From: an uncultured archaeon
GTDB taxonomy: Archaea > Aenigmatarchaeota > Aenigmatarchaeia > QMZP01 > JACQNV01
Assembly: GCA_964410585.1 (NCBI GenBank)
Contig: CAYPFW010000001.1
Span: 447,814-511,813 of the forward strand
Direction: 5' to 3'
DNA: 64,000 bases
Part shown: in pieces, positions 18,310 through 28,154 of the stretch
Position numbering within the stretch: the first letter of the stretch is position 1
Layout of the letters: the number at the start of each line of letters is the position of its first letter
Translations under genes and position numbers: made by a program
The notes under the pieces: model-generated
The model's input: the letters and a program-made list of their open reading frames with translations, nothing else
Told to the model about the DNA's origin: nothing
Database searches by the model: none

Positions 18310-19065
18310 ATGAACACAGAACCATTGAAGAAGTTGGGTCTTGGCGAAAACGAGATAAAAGTTTATTTGACTTTACTTAAGACAGGATCAATCACAGCAT
18401 ATGAATTGGGTAAGAAAACAGGCATATACAGGGCTCATGTTTATGACAAACTAGAAAGATTGATGGAGAAAGGCTTGGTGACACATGTTTATCAAGGATC
18501 AAAAAAATATTTCCAAGCAACTTCCCCTGAAAAATTAAAAGACTATTTAGAAGAGAAAAAGAAAGTTTTAGAAGAGCAGGAGGTTGAAGTCGATAAAATT
18601 CTTCCAGATCTTCTGGAAATGCAAAAAGCTCCAAAAGAAGATACAAGGGTTGAAGTTTTCAAGGGAAAGGAAGGATTGAAATATTTTTTGAAAGATATTT
18701 TGAAAACAAAAAAAGAAGTTCTTGTAACAGGAATAGATGATAAAAGATATGAGCAAGAATTGCCAATTTTCATGAAGCAGTATTTCAGAGATTTGAAAAA
18801 TCAGAAAATAAAAGAAAGGATAATCACAATAAAAAGGCAGGATATATTTTTATTCAACAAAACAATGGCACCGACAACAGAATATAGGTTTCTAGAAGAA
18901 GAACAATTTAATCCAACCAATACATTTGTCTATGGAAACAAGGTTGTTATTGTTTCTTGGGGAACGCCGGTAACCGCGATAATGATACAAAACAAGCAAA
19001 CAGCAGACACATACAGAAACCATTTTGAACATTTGTGGGAAATTGCTTCTAAAGAGAATAGATAG
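18310..19065 (+). CDS. TrmB-family transcriptional regulator
   Basis: LGLGENEIKVYLTLLKTGSITAYELGKKTGIYRAHVYDKLERLMEKGLV wHTH. Divergent from the radical SAM operon. Confidence 0.8.
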   Translation: MNTEPLKKLGLGENEIKVYLTLLKTGSITAYELGKKTGIYRAHVYDKLERLMEKGLVTHVYQGSKKYFQATSPEKLKDYLEEKKKVLEEQEVEVDKILPDLLEMQKAPKEDTRVEVFKGKEGLKYFLKDILKTKKEVLVTGIDDKRYEQELPIFMKQYFRDLKNQKIKERIITIKRQDIFLFNKTMAPTTEYRFLEEEQFNPTNTFVYGNKVVIVSWGTPVTAIMIQNKQTADTYRNHFEHLWEIASKENR

Positions 19066-19100
19066 ATCAATCCCCATATCAAATTCTTTACATCATTTTC

Positions 19101-19712
19101 TCAAATAAAACTTCCAGCTAGAAAACTCAGAACAAACAAAACTAGCCCAACAACAACTGGAATCAACCAATTATCATCTATCCAACCACGCCTTCTGTGT
19201 TTATCGATTCCTTTTGCAGAAACACCAAGCTCTAACAGACCTCCAACAACAGCACCAATAATTGCAAGCCAAGCACTAACCCAAATCAAGGAAACTAAAA
19301 AAGAGCCGATGACAAAACCGAGGAAGCCTTCCAGTGTTTTGTGGCCGCATACTTTATGTCGGCCTATTGATTTTCCAACTAATGTTGACAAACCATCTCC
19401 AATTGCTAAGGTTGCAGAAGCAGCAGACGCAATAGGCATAGGGAAAAGTAAAAAGCTGAAAAAGCAGCCCATGTAGAACCAAATTGCACCTGTGAATGGC
19501 CAATTTTCATTTCCTCTTTCAAACTTCAGCATGAATTTTCTCAGACCAATAAGCTGTGTTTTAACAATTTGTATATATTGAGAATAAGCAAGGAATGCAA
19601 AACCTATCACAAAAAACATCAATGTTGCTTCAACCTTTGTCAAAAACTGCGCGAGCAAAACAAACAAAACACCAATTATATGTATGCTCTGCCTCAGGAG
19701 CTCTTTTTTCAT
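19101..19712 (-). CDS. Polytopic membrane protein, dolichol kinase / CdsA-like cytidylyltransferase family
   Basis: About 6 TM segments with a GDGLSTLVGKSIGRHK motif. Confidence 0.5.
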   Translation of the reverse strand: MKKELLRQSIHIIGVLFVLLAQFLTKVEATLMFFVIGFAFLAYSQYIQIVKTQLIGLRKFMLKFERGNENWPFTGAIWFYMGCFFSFLLFPMPIASAASATLAIGDGLSTLVGKSIGRHKVCGHKTLEGFLGFVIGSFLVSLIWVSAWLAIIGAVVGGLLELGVSAKGIDKHRRRGWIDDNWLIPVVVGLVLFVLSFLAGSFI

Positions 19713-19762
19713 AAAGTAAGTTGCATGAACTGCTTATATAAAGTTTTGTCCAAAGTAAATAT

Positions 19763-20503
19763 ATGGAAGCAACAGAAGATAGGACAAGAAGATTTTTTAC
19801 AGACGAAAGAACTTTAGAAGAACTTCCAAAAGATTATGGAAGATATTTGGGCGAAAAACTTGGATTTGTTCCTTATGTTGGGAGATTAAGGGATTTAGTA
19901 AGCCCCGAAGATGTCAAAACAGAACCAAGATACTTAAACGCTAAAAGATTGCTCTCTGATTATTTTGATTCTGTGCAGGAAAATGTGGCTTGGCATTTTG
20001 CAGATGAATTTGGCGTGCTACCATTTTCAGAGGGGTTGGAAATTGGTGTAGCTGAATTGCCAACAAATTATATAGTTGAAAACAATGAAGTTGTTGGAGT
20101 TGAAAAGGTTTTTGGTTTGTATGATCCTTCTAGGAAAAGAATACTTTTGGATCCTGTTTTGTTCAAGGAATTAAACCATCCAGAAAGAGCTAGACTTCTC
20201 AGATATTTGGGCGAGTTGCCAACAGCAGAAAGAGTTTTGACAGAAGAATTCATACATTCTGTGCAAGATGATTTAGGAATAATTTACCACCATTACAACA
20301 AATATGGCCCTGAAAAAGCAAGAGCAAAGATAGAAGGCGCAGCTGCAAGAGAATCTGAGAGGATTGTTGGAAAAACAGACAGAATTTATGCTGATTATAA
20401 AAGACAATACGAAGATGAGGTTGAAAGAAAAGGCAGGCGCAAAGCTTTCTTAGAAGGCAGCATTCCTGAAGTTATGGGTGTACCGTTGTATGGATATAAT
20501 TAG
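19763..20503 (+). CDS. Hypothetical protein
   Basis: 246-aa ORF with no recognisable motif. Confidence 0.5.
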   Translation: MEATEDRTRRFFTDERTLEELPKDYGRYLGEKLGFVPYVGRLRDLVSPEDVKTEPRYLNAKRLLSDYFDSVQENVAWHFADEFGVLPFSEGLEIGVAELPTNYIVENNEVVGVEKVFGLYDPSRKRILLDPVLFKELNHPERARLLRYLGELPTAERVLTEEFIHSVQDDLGIIYHHYNKYGPEKARAKIEGAAARESERIVGKTDRIYADYKRQYEDEVERKGRRKAFLEGSIPEVMGVPLYGYN

Positions 20504-20526
20504 AACAAAATTATCACTGTCTTTCG

Positions 20527-21498
20527 CTACTCAAACGGAAAATAGACAATTTTCTTCTCTTCTCTTGAAATAACAAACTCATAATCATCTATCATGCCTT
20601 CAAATTGTCGCCTCAACTCATTCATAATAGAATCAAACTCGTCAAAAGATTTAGCTTGAAGTTCTATTTCAAAATCCCTACCCCCAATTGTTCTATTTAC
20701 ATTTAGTATGTTAGGATGCTGTAAGCAAAATTGCTCTAGTTCCCGCACTCTTTCGGTGTTGATGAGATTTATGTACGATTTGTAATATCTGTAACCAAGA
20801 AATGAGACATCAATTAGTGCACGATATCCAAGAATGACTTTATTTTTTTCTAACTTCCTAATGTGATTTCTTATCACTTGTGGACTGGTCTTAAGTTTAT
20901 TTGAGATTTCAAGTAAAGACATTCTTCCATTATTAGATAAAAGTCGGAGCAACTCTATATCTAATTTATCAACAGGAAAAATCTCTCTAGATGCTCCAAC
21001 AAGAGTTCCTGTCTCTGCATTTTTTTGGTTGACGATATACGATTTTGGATACTGTCTAATATGACTATAAACTACAATCAATCTCTTGCTAATATATTTT
21101 CTGTACTTTTCCATAATCTTGTCCCAATAGTCGTAGAAATCAAGAATGTTTTTGACAGCAACAGCAAAACCAACATCCCATTGCCCTTCTAGTGCAACTA
21201 GCCACCAGACCTCCTTATCTTTGATTAAATTGTTTTCTAATTCGTCTTGTTTTTCTCTGGTGATATTGTGGAACTTAAAATAAACCCGAATGCTTTGGTA
21301 TCCTAATTTCGAATAGTCAATAACAGTTATGTATCCGGGCAAGACATCAACTTCCTCAAGCCGCTTTATTCTATAATCTACAAACTGTTTTGATTTACGT
21401 ATCATCCTTCCTATTTTTGTAGTCGTTAGTCTTGCATTTTTGTCTAGATCAAAGATGATTTTTCTGTCATAACTGTCAAGTTTTATCTCTTTCTCCAT
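20527..21498 (-). CDS. Tandem (duplicated) Lrp/AsnC-type transcriptional regulator
   Basis: Two HTH plus RAM-like halves (LDSYDRKIIFDLDKNARL... and LDIELLRLLSNNGRMSLLEISNKL...). Confidence 0.75.
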   Translation of the reverse strand: MEKEIKLDSYDRKIIFDLDKNARLTTTKIGRMIRKSKQFVDYRIKRLEEVDVLPGYITVIDYSKLGYQSIRVYFKFHNITREKQDELENNLIKDKEVWWLVALEGQWDVGFAVAVKNILDFYDYWDKIMEKYRKYISKRLIVVYSHIRQYPKSYIVNQKNAETGTLVGASREIFPVDKLDIELLRLLSNNGRMSLLEISNKLKTSPQVIRNHIRKLEKNKVILGYRALIDVSFLGYRYYKSYINLINTERVRELEQFCLQHPNILNVNRTIGGRDFEIELQAKSFDEFDSIMNELRRQFEGMIDDYEFVISREEKKIVYFPFE

Positions 21499-21606
21499 AT
21501 TTAAGACAATAGTAATTTTATCCTTATAAATCTTTCTATTTGTCCAAATTTCTAATAGTTTATTTTATTATTTCGTTTATTCAAGTATTAACTACTTGGT
21601 GGTAGA

Positions 21607-23133
21607 ATGTCAAAGAAAATAATGTTGATAAAACCTGCATACGAAACGGATGCGATTTGGGATACGATTAGAACAAGCCATCCACTAGGATTATGGTGGA
21701 TAGGCTCTGCATTAAAAGAAAGGGGTCATGAAGTAAGGCTTCTTGATGAAACTGTAAGAGACAGGGGATTGGAAAAAAGAACAATGTTCACTCGAGAATT
21801 ATGTGGGACTGAAAGTATGGATATTCCAAAAGAATGTTCATATGAAGACTTTCAGCGCCAAAAGATGCACGATTTCAATACTCTTGATCCAAGAGAATTT
21901 GTAGAGAGGTATTCTTCTTTTAGGGGAGACAAGATTGTAAGAAACATGGTGAGAACAGGAAATCCTCTTGAAAAAACATTGGACGAAATAGGGAAAATGG
22001 ATCCTGAATTTGTCGGTATACCTATTTTTGCAAGTTGCAATTATCCTGCTGCATTGACATTGGCTAGAGCAGTAAGATCGGTTTTTCCTGACACAAAAAT
22101 AGTAATGGGAGGACAACATGTAACTGCACAACCTATCGAAATTTTATCAACTGGGGTAGTAGATCATGTGGTTACAGGTGATGCCGTGGCTGCGGCTATC
22201 AATCTAATTGAAAATGGATCGAATCGGAAAATAATATTTGGCGGAGTATCACAGATAGGGGATTTTCCATTATTGGATATGGATTTGATGGCTGAAAACC
22301 AGTATCCATTGAAGCCTACGCACACTTATGATACACAAGGAAGAAAATCTGTCGATTACATGTTTTCTAAAGGGTGTTTCCGCAGTTGCGAGTTTTGCGT
22401 GGCAGGCGAGAAGGAAAATAGGGTTTCAACATCAGATCTTGAAAAGATATATGAACAATTGAAAAGATTTTCGGATGCTGGAATTGAAGAGATTATAGTT
22501 CAGGACGATGCTTTTTTATTCAAACCACAAAAAAATCTGAGGTCATATCTAGAATTGATGAAAAAACATGGACTTTATTGGCAGGATAATGGTGGTATTG
22601 AATTTGAAGGGTTAACACCTGAAGTTATTGAGATGTTAATGGAATACCAAAACAGCGGTTCTGGAAGGATAAATTCGTTATATGTTCCGCTAAACCCACG
22701 GAAGGGTGCAGAAACTGGGAGCGCATTGAAAGATATGCAAAAAAGATTTGCGACCCACTTTCCTCACATCAAAACACTAAGAGAATCTGGAATTTATGTA
22801 TACACAAGTGAAATAATTGGCTATCCTGGACAATCTTTGAATGATATGGAAGAAGATATTCACCTTCATCAAGAATTGGTACACAATGGCTACGCTGATA
22901 AATCCATGACTTTCGTGACTTCAACTTTACCAGGAACCAAACTACACAGGGAACGTAGTCACAACATTGTAAATCCTTTAGATTGGGCTGCTTATTCTAA
23001 TTTTGTTCCTCAAAGCGTTACAGATGTTGTTCCAAATATTCAGGATATTGAGCGGATGACTGTCTTCAGAAACAAGGAAATGAATAAAGTTCAGACAAGC
23101 TATCCGTGGGGTAGCACATTTCCTAATGAATAG
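21607..23133 (+). CDS. B12-binding-domain radical SAM enzyme
   Basis: N-terminal Rossmann-like B12 domain (IMLIKPAY...GHEVRLLDE) and a CFRSCEFC CxxxCxxC motif. Confidence 0.75.
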   Translation: MSKKIMLIKPAYETDAIWDTIRTSHPLGLWWIGSALKERGHEVRLLDETVRDRGLEKRTMFTRELCGTESMDIPKECSYEDFQRQKMHDFNTLDPREFVERYSSFRGDKIVRNMVRTGNPLEKTLDEIGKMDPEFVGIPIFASCNYPAALTLARAVRSVFPDTKIVMGGQHVTAQPIEILSTGVVDHVVTGDAVAAAINLIENGSNRKIIFGGVSQIGDFPLLDMDLMAENQYPLKPTHTYDTQGRKSVDYMFSKGCFRSCEFCVAGEKENRVSTSDLEKIYEQLKRFSDAGIEEIIVQDDAFLFKPQKNLRSYLELMKKHGLYWQDNGGIEFEGLTPEVIEMLMEYQNSGSGRINSLYVPLNPRKGAETGSALKDMQKRFATHFPHIKTLRESGIYVYTSEIIGYPGQSLNDMEEDIHLHQELVHNGYADKSMTFVTSTLPGTKLHRERSHNIVNPLDWAAYSNFVPQSVTDVVPNIQDIERMTVFRNKEMNKVQTSYPWGSTFPNE

Positions 23134-23175
23134 TTTCCAACAAAAAGCGAAAAATTTTATGTAATAAAATTAACT

Positions 23176-23439
23176 CTACTTTGATACCAATCCTTTTTGA
23201 ATTATTTTTTTAATCAGTTCTGGATTCCAGACCCAGACTATTTTTTCGTCTTTGTCTATTATTATTTTGTTCAAATCAACTAGATAATCAACTATCATAG
23301 AAAATGTTTGGTACATAACCTGTTTTGGGAGAGCCTTCCACAATTCTGTTCTTGTTGGATAGAAATCCAACTTTTTGATAGTTTCTTCTACCATTAAAAC
23401 AGTGTCTAATCTTGGATAGTGCAAAATATCTTGGCTCAT
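23176..23439 (-). CDS. Small DNA-binding/antitoxin-like protein, orphan paralog of 44417-44680
   Basis: MSQDILHYPRLDTVLMVEETIKK...; strongly similar at nucleotide level to the 44.4-kb copy by eye (my rough estimate 85-90% identity), including its promoter. Confidence 0.6.
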   Translation of the reverse strand: MSQDILHYPRLDTVLMVEETIKKLDFYPTRTELWKALPKQVMYQTFSMIVDYLVDLNKIIIDKDEKIVWVWNPELIKKIIQKGLVSK

Positions 23440-23447
23440 GTAATTAT

Positions 23448-23466
23448 ATAAGTTTATATAACTTAT
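23448..23466. promoter_or_regulatory. Palindromic TATA-overlapping operator candidate
   Basis: ATAAGTT-TATAT-AACTTAT lies 9 nt upstream of the ATG. An identical copy is at 44689-44707. Confidence 0.5.
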
Positions 23467-23638
23467 AAAGTTATCGTTAACACATATAACACCGTTATAT
23501 TCCTTTGGTTTAAAGTATTTATACAAGATACCACCAAATAGTAATAATGACAATAATTAATCTAGATCTTCTATATTATAATGTGTTTAAGATACTACGG
23601 TTTTGGAAGGAGATGTAATCGAATTTTTAAAGAATTGT

Positions 23639-23655
23639 CCGCGATAACATCGCGG
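23639..23655 (+). promoter_or_regulatory. 17-nt perfect palindrome upstream of the start codon
   Basis: CCGCGAT-AAC-ATCGCGG lies 11 nt before the ATG at 23667. The same element is at 39917-39933 before the helicase gene. Confidence 0.55.
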
Positions 23656-23666
23656 TTTCTGTGAGT

Positions 23667-24548
23667 ATGTTAACTAGAAAAAAGTCGCTAAAAATTCAGG
23701 ACAGGCTTGGAATGAGGGTTGGAATAGCCTACGGAACATACAAAAAGCCAAATGCAAAAACAACAAACGATGTACTCGAAGTTTTGTCTGACTTGTACCA
23801 AGCAGGTTTCAAGGCATTTGTACTTTGCCCAGATCTGTTTGAAAAAATCCAAGACTCTGCAGACATTTACAAAGAACACTACAATGATTTGCTGAAAATC
23901 AGGAACCTAGCTGCAAAATACAACATCGAGCTCGCAGTGAGAACAGAAAACCTTCCTGAAGATCCATTCAAACTCGACAACAAACTCAAAATTTATTTCA
24001 CAGCTGCTTCTGTTATGGATTGTAGGATGTTTATCATGCCACCTAATTTTTACACAATGATGCCAAAAGACCAAGCAGTGAAATTGATTGTCCACAAAAT
24101 AAATGAAATCACAAACAGCCTTAATTTGAAAGTAAAAATAGGCGTTGAGGCAACTGGAAAAGTCAAGGATGTTGGTTCATTGGAGGATATTTTAGAAGTT
24201 GCAAAAAGGGCCCAAAACTCTGAGCCTGTTTTGAATTTCGCTCACATACATGCAAGAGGTTCTGGTGCTCTGCGATCAGAAACAGATTTCAAACATGTCA
24301 TTGATACTGTTAGGAAAGAGCTTGGTTCTGGTGCAATCCAAAACCCATACATGCTGTTCTCTGGTGTGAAATACGGCCCTTCTGGAGAAATCCAACACAT
24401 ACCATTTAGAAAAGCAGACATCAACTTAAACCATTTGATCAAGGCAATCATGACATTTGGAACAAAAGGAACTTTGATCTTCGAAGACCCTGAAAGAGAG
24501 AAAGGAATTTTAGACATGTTGAAAGATTTTGGGGAGATGGTGCGATAA
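23667..24548 (+). CDS. Xylose-isomerase-like TIM-barrel protein (AP endonuclease family 2-like)
   Basis: The alternating beta/alpha pattern and the LNFAHIHARG and LIFEDPE motifs are suggestive of the metal-binding barrel. Confidence 0.45.
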   Translation: MLTRKKSLKIQDRLGMRVGIAYGTYKKPNAKTTNDVLEVLSDLYQAGFKAFVLCPDLFEKIQDSADIYKEHYNDLLKIRNLAAKYNIELAVRTENLPEDPFKLDNKLKIYFTAASVMDCRMFIMPPNFYTMMPKDQAVKLIVHKINEITNSLNLKVKIGVEATGKVKDVGSLEDILEVAKRAQNSEPVLNFAHIHARGSGALRSETDFKHVIDTVRKELGSGAIQNPYMLFSGVKYGPSGEIQHIPFRKADINLNHLIKAIMTFGTKGTLIFEDPEREKGILDMLKDFGEMVR

Positions 24549-24549
24549 T

Positions 24550-25020
24550 ATGGAAGGATTAATTATTTCTTTAGTTCAAACAGACGACGATTTGTTAGAT
24601 ATAGTTCCATTGAAACAAGATGACGACAACCAAGCCCTGAAAAGAATGAGATTAGAAAGTCAAACAGAAGACCAAACCCTTGAAAAAATTCTTAGATTGA
24701 AATTCAAAGGTTATGATTTTTGGATAGCTAGACTTAATGGCGAAGCAATTGGGTATGCTACAGGAGAATTACAAACAAATGGAAGTTATAGATCAGAAGG
24801 AATTTATGTCAAACCAGAACAAAGAAGAAAAGGATATGGGACTGAAATAAAAAGGACTCAAATAGTTTTTGCAAAAGAATTGGGGTGTACAGAACTTGTA
24901 TCAAATGTTTCTGGAGATAACGTTGCAAGCTTAAGGGTCCAAGAAAAATGTGGAATATCAGCAGTCCCAAATGAAAGAACTGGTGGATACTTTCTTTCAC
25001 TCAAACTAAGCGATGCTTAG
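24550..25020 (+). CDS. GNAT-family N-acetyltransferase
   Basis: IYVKPEQRRKGYGTEI motif A. Confidence 0.75.
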   Translation: MEGLIISLVQTDDDLLDIVPLKQDDDNQALKRMRLESQTEDQTLEKILRLKFKGYDFWIARLNGEAIGYATGELQTNGSYRSEGIYVKPEQRRKGYGTEIKRTQIVFAKELGCTELVSNVSGDNVASLRVQEKCGISAVPNERTGGYFLSLKLSDA

Positions 25021-25050
25021 CCTATTTATTTCTTTGCTCCTTTATTTGGT

Positions 25051-25983
25051 ATGCCAAATCCTAAAATTAGAAATTTATCAATTTATCCAGTAAAAAGTTG
25101 TGATGGGATAGAAGTGCCGAGAGCCACTTTAACACAGTCTGGACTATCTGTAAACGGTTATAGAGATCACCAATACATGGTTGTTAGAGCTAAACCAAAT
25201 GATAGAACTGTATACGAATTTCTAACGCAAAAAGACGCAGATCAAATGAGAAAAGAAGGTTCAGATAGGATAGCCTTAATGGCTTTGATAAAACCAGAAA
25301 TAAAAAGTGGAATTTTGAGATTAACTTGGAGATACGAACAACCAATAGAAGTCCCTGAAGATACAAGAGGAACTGAATTAACTGTTAAAATTTGGGATGA
25401 TGAAACTTCAGCAGTTGATAAAGGGAGAGAAGTTTCTGAGTGGTTAAGTGATCATCTAGGATTGAAAGTCAGACTTGTTGAAGCTACTGGTTCTTTCAGT
25501 AGAACTGCAGAACAAACATATACAGAAAATCAAAACCCTTTACGATTTCAAGATATCTATCCAGTTCACTGGTTTTCAGCAGAATCTTTACAAGAACTTT
25601 ATGAAAAATCTGGACAGCAAATTCCTTGGCAAGCTTTCAGGCCCCAAATAGTTACAGAAGGTTCTGAACCAAGGTTTGAACACGATGTCGAATTTGCTCG
25701 AATTGCTGGACTTGTTTCTTTTAGAAATATAAGACCATGTGACAGATGTCTAGTCACACAAGTTGATCCTGAAACAGGAATAATAAGAACAGATGAACCT
25801 CTTCGAACTTTGGCTAAATACAAAAACTGGATCAAAAACACTGGAAAAAGAAAAGTTATTTTTGGTGAATATGCTCTCCCAGAAGGCATAGGAAGGATAG
25901 CAGTTGGTGATGAAGTTGTTGTCAATTCATTTAGAACGCCGCCTCTGGAGTATGGAACTTTGGAAGAGATTCAGGCAGCCTAG
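25051..25983 (+). CDS. MOSC-domain protein (MOSC_N beta-barrel + MOSC)
   Basis: IRNLSIYPVKSCDGIEV N-terminal signature, with RPCDRC in the MOSC domain. Confidence 0.8.
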   Translation: MPNPKIRNLSIYPVKSCDGIEVPRATLTQSGLSVNGYRDHQYMVVRAKPNDRTVYEFLTQKDADQMRKEGSDRIALMALIKPEIKSGILRLTWRYEQPIEVPEDTRGTELTVKIWDDETSAVDKGREVSEWLSDHLGLKVRLVEATGSFSRTAEQTYTENQNPLRFQDIYPVHWFSAESLQELYEKSGQQIPWQAFRPQIVTEGSEPRFEHDVEFARIAGLVSFRNIRPCDRCLVTQVDPETGIIRTDEPLRTLAKYKNWIKNTGKRKVIFGEYALPEGIGRIAVGDEVVVNSFRTPPLEYGTLEEIQAA

Positions 25984-26016
25984 GAAACTTTTTATTTCTT
26001 CATTCTATTTTTCTGA

Positions 26017-26589
26017 ATGATCATAACAATTTCTGGTACATCTGGAAGTGGAAAATCCACTGTTTCTAAAATTCTACAGCAAAAACTTGGAGCAGAAAGA
26101 ATCTATGTTGGAGGAATTCGGCGCGAACTTGCACGGAAAAAAGGAATGACGCTTATCGAATTAAACGAGTATGCAAAAAACAACCCTGAGACAGATGTTG
26201 ACGTAGATAAGGCAGCAGCAGAACAAGCAAGGGAATTGGAAAAGCAGGGGAAAACAGTTATAGCAGAAGGCTATGTGATGTTCCACTTCCTTCCAGAGTC
26301 AATAAAAATTTTCATAAAAGCTGATTTTGATGTTTGCGCAGAAAGAATATGGAAAGACTTGCAAAATGAAAAATCAAAACAATCCAGAAATGAGGGTGAA
26401 ATTGTTTCATTTGATCAAATGAAAAAACGTGTTAGAGAAAGGCTAAAAGAGGATTCAGATAGATACAAAAAATATTATGGTATTGATCATTTAGACGAGA
26501 AACATTATGATTTTGTTGTCGATGCAACAAAAATAAATGCAGAGCAAGTCGCTGAAAAAATTCTAGAATTTTTGAAAAAGAAATTATGA
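26017..26589 (+). CDS. cmk: Cytidylate kinase, archaeal type
   Basis: MIITISGTSGSGKST P-loop and a short NMP-kinase layout. Confidence 0.7.
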   Translation: MIITISGTSGSGKSTVSKILQQKLGAERIYVGGIRRELARKKGMTLIELNEYAKNNPETDVDVDKAAAEQARELEKQGKTVIAEGYVMFHFLPESIKIFIKADFDVCAERIWKDLQNEKSKQSRNEGEIVSFDQMKKRVRERLKEDSDRYKKYYGIDHLDEKHYDFVVDATKINAEQVAEKILEFLKKKL

Positions 26590-26825
26590 TAAGAGAATCA
26601 GTATTTAGGACATATGCAACAACAATATACTTTACCTCATTAGGTCTTGCTTGGGGATATGTACATATTCCACTTGCAATGGCCTACAGGACTGAGATCA
26701 CACAAAAATACACAGCCCAAGACTGGCTTTTATTTGGTTCTATTCATGCAATTCCAGCTGCCCTCTTTTTAGGAACATTTGGTTTTGTGGTAGATAGAAA
26801 TCGCAAACAGTATCCAAGAGATTAG
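26586..26825 (+). CDS. Small membrane protein
   Basis: 79 aa with two hydrophobic segments. ATGA overlap with cmk. Confidence 0.5.
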   Translation: MIRESVFRTYATTIYFTSLGLAWGYVHIPLAMAYRTEITQKYTAQDWLLFGSIHAIPAALFLGTFGFVVDRNRKQYPRD

Positions 26826-26833
26826 AATCCATA

Positions 26834-28123
26834 CTATTCTGCCCCAACATCAGGCGCAACTAAATTCTTTTTCAAAACAACACCAACATCGCGGATGAAC
26901 TTTCTGACCATTTCCCTTTGCTGTAAAATATTCCTTTTGTCAACATCAATAACCTTGCCTTCGTCAACTGCTTTTACCATTTTCTGAAGCTCTAAAAATA
27001 CTTGCATGTATTTGTCTGAAACAAGACCCTTTTTGATGACTTCACTTTCAAATGCATCCACAATTTTTTCATTTGAAGCAGGCAATTTGCCAAGCGATTT
27101 CAGCAAAGTGACAATTGTCTCCATCATTATTGCATAAGACTTATCAATCATGTTTTCCCTTTTCAAAACTTCTATTTTCACTATAAGCGACTGCATTTTC
27201 TTTGTGAAGTCTTTTGCGCGCTCAATCCATTTGTCAACATCTGCACCAGAAATCTCATTTATTCTTTTGTGCTCGACTTCCTTTCTCACATGGATTATCT
27301 CTTCCATCCAATCTGCATATTTTTCTTCCAAAAGTTTTGCCTGAACAAGGCTTCTTTTCATTTCAATTGCAGCATCAGAAGGCCTTGGTGGACTTTTTCC
27401 CAAAAACATTAGAACAGCTTGAGCAGATTCAAGCATCGCATAATACAAATCCTCTACAACAGAATAAATTTTGTTGTCTTCTGCTTTGAAAATTCTTTTT
27501 GGGGCTCGATCAATGTATTTTTCAACAGCTTCTTTGCTTGGTCTTATTTCGCCCATTTGGAGTAGCCTTTTGATTGGCAAGAAAATATCCTTGTCGTAAA
27601 CAGGCACACCTTCTCTGATGAAATTGAAAATAATTGGATGACCTTCCCTTACCATTGCCCAAAACTCAGTAAGCAAATAAGGTTGTTGGATAGAAAGTTG
27701 CTTTGACAAACTTCTTGCAATTTCAACAACATCCTTGTCTATCTTTGCAAGCATTTCAGGCGATATTCTTTGCCTTGTGTCGTCTACAATCACAAAAACA
27801 TCAATATCAGATTCTCCTCTCCATTCTTCCCTTGCAGTAGAACCAAACAAGACAACAGAGCGTATCAACGCACCATGCTTTTCCAAAAGAACCTTTGTGA
27901 ATTTTTTTAAGATTTCAATCCTTTCCTCCTTTCCTATTCCCTCTGCCCCTTCTTTGTCATATTCACCTTTCAATGTATAGTTAGAATCAATTGCAAAATT
28001 TTCCCTGTCTCTTTCTGCTGCTTTTACATCTTGTTGAACAGGATTTTCAACTGTAGAAACATTAGCAAACTTATCTGCTTTTTTTATTGTAATTGGCTTC
28101 TCCTTTGCTTCTTTTTTTGTCAT
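26834..28123 (-). CDS. Nucleotidyltransferase (MNT/Pol-beta superfamily) fused to helical HEPN-like region
   Basis: VVLFGSTAREEWRGESDIDVFVIVDD NTase motif followed by long helical C-terminal repeats. Confidence 0.6.
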   Translation of the reverse strand: MTKKEAKEKPITIKKADKFANVSTVENPVQQDVKAAERDRENFAIDSNYTLKGEYDKEGAEGIGKEERIEILKKFTKVLLEKHGALIRSVVLFGSTAREEWRGESDIDVFVIVDDTRQRISPEMLAKIDKDVVEIARSLSKQLSIQQPYLLTEFWAMVREGHPIIFNFIREGVPVYDKDIFLPIKRLLQMGEIRPSKEAVEKYIDRAPKRIFKAEDNKIYSVVEDLYYAMLESAQAVLMFLGKSPPRPSDAAIEMKRSLVQAKLLEEKYADWMEEIIHVRKEVEHKRINEISGADVDKWIERAKDFTKKMQSLIVKIEVLKRENMIDKSYAIMMETIVTLLKSLGKLPASNEKIVDAFESEVIKKGLVSDKYMQVFLELQKMVKAVDEGKVIDVDKRNILQQREMVRKFIRDVGVVLKKNLVAPDVGAE

Positions 28124-28154
28124 AATATATATTATATCCCTTTATTAAATACAT

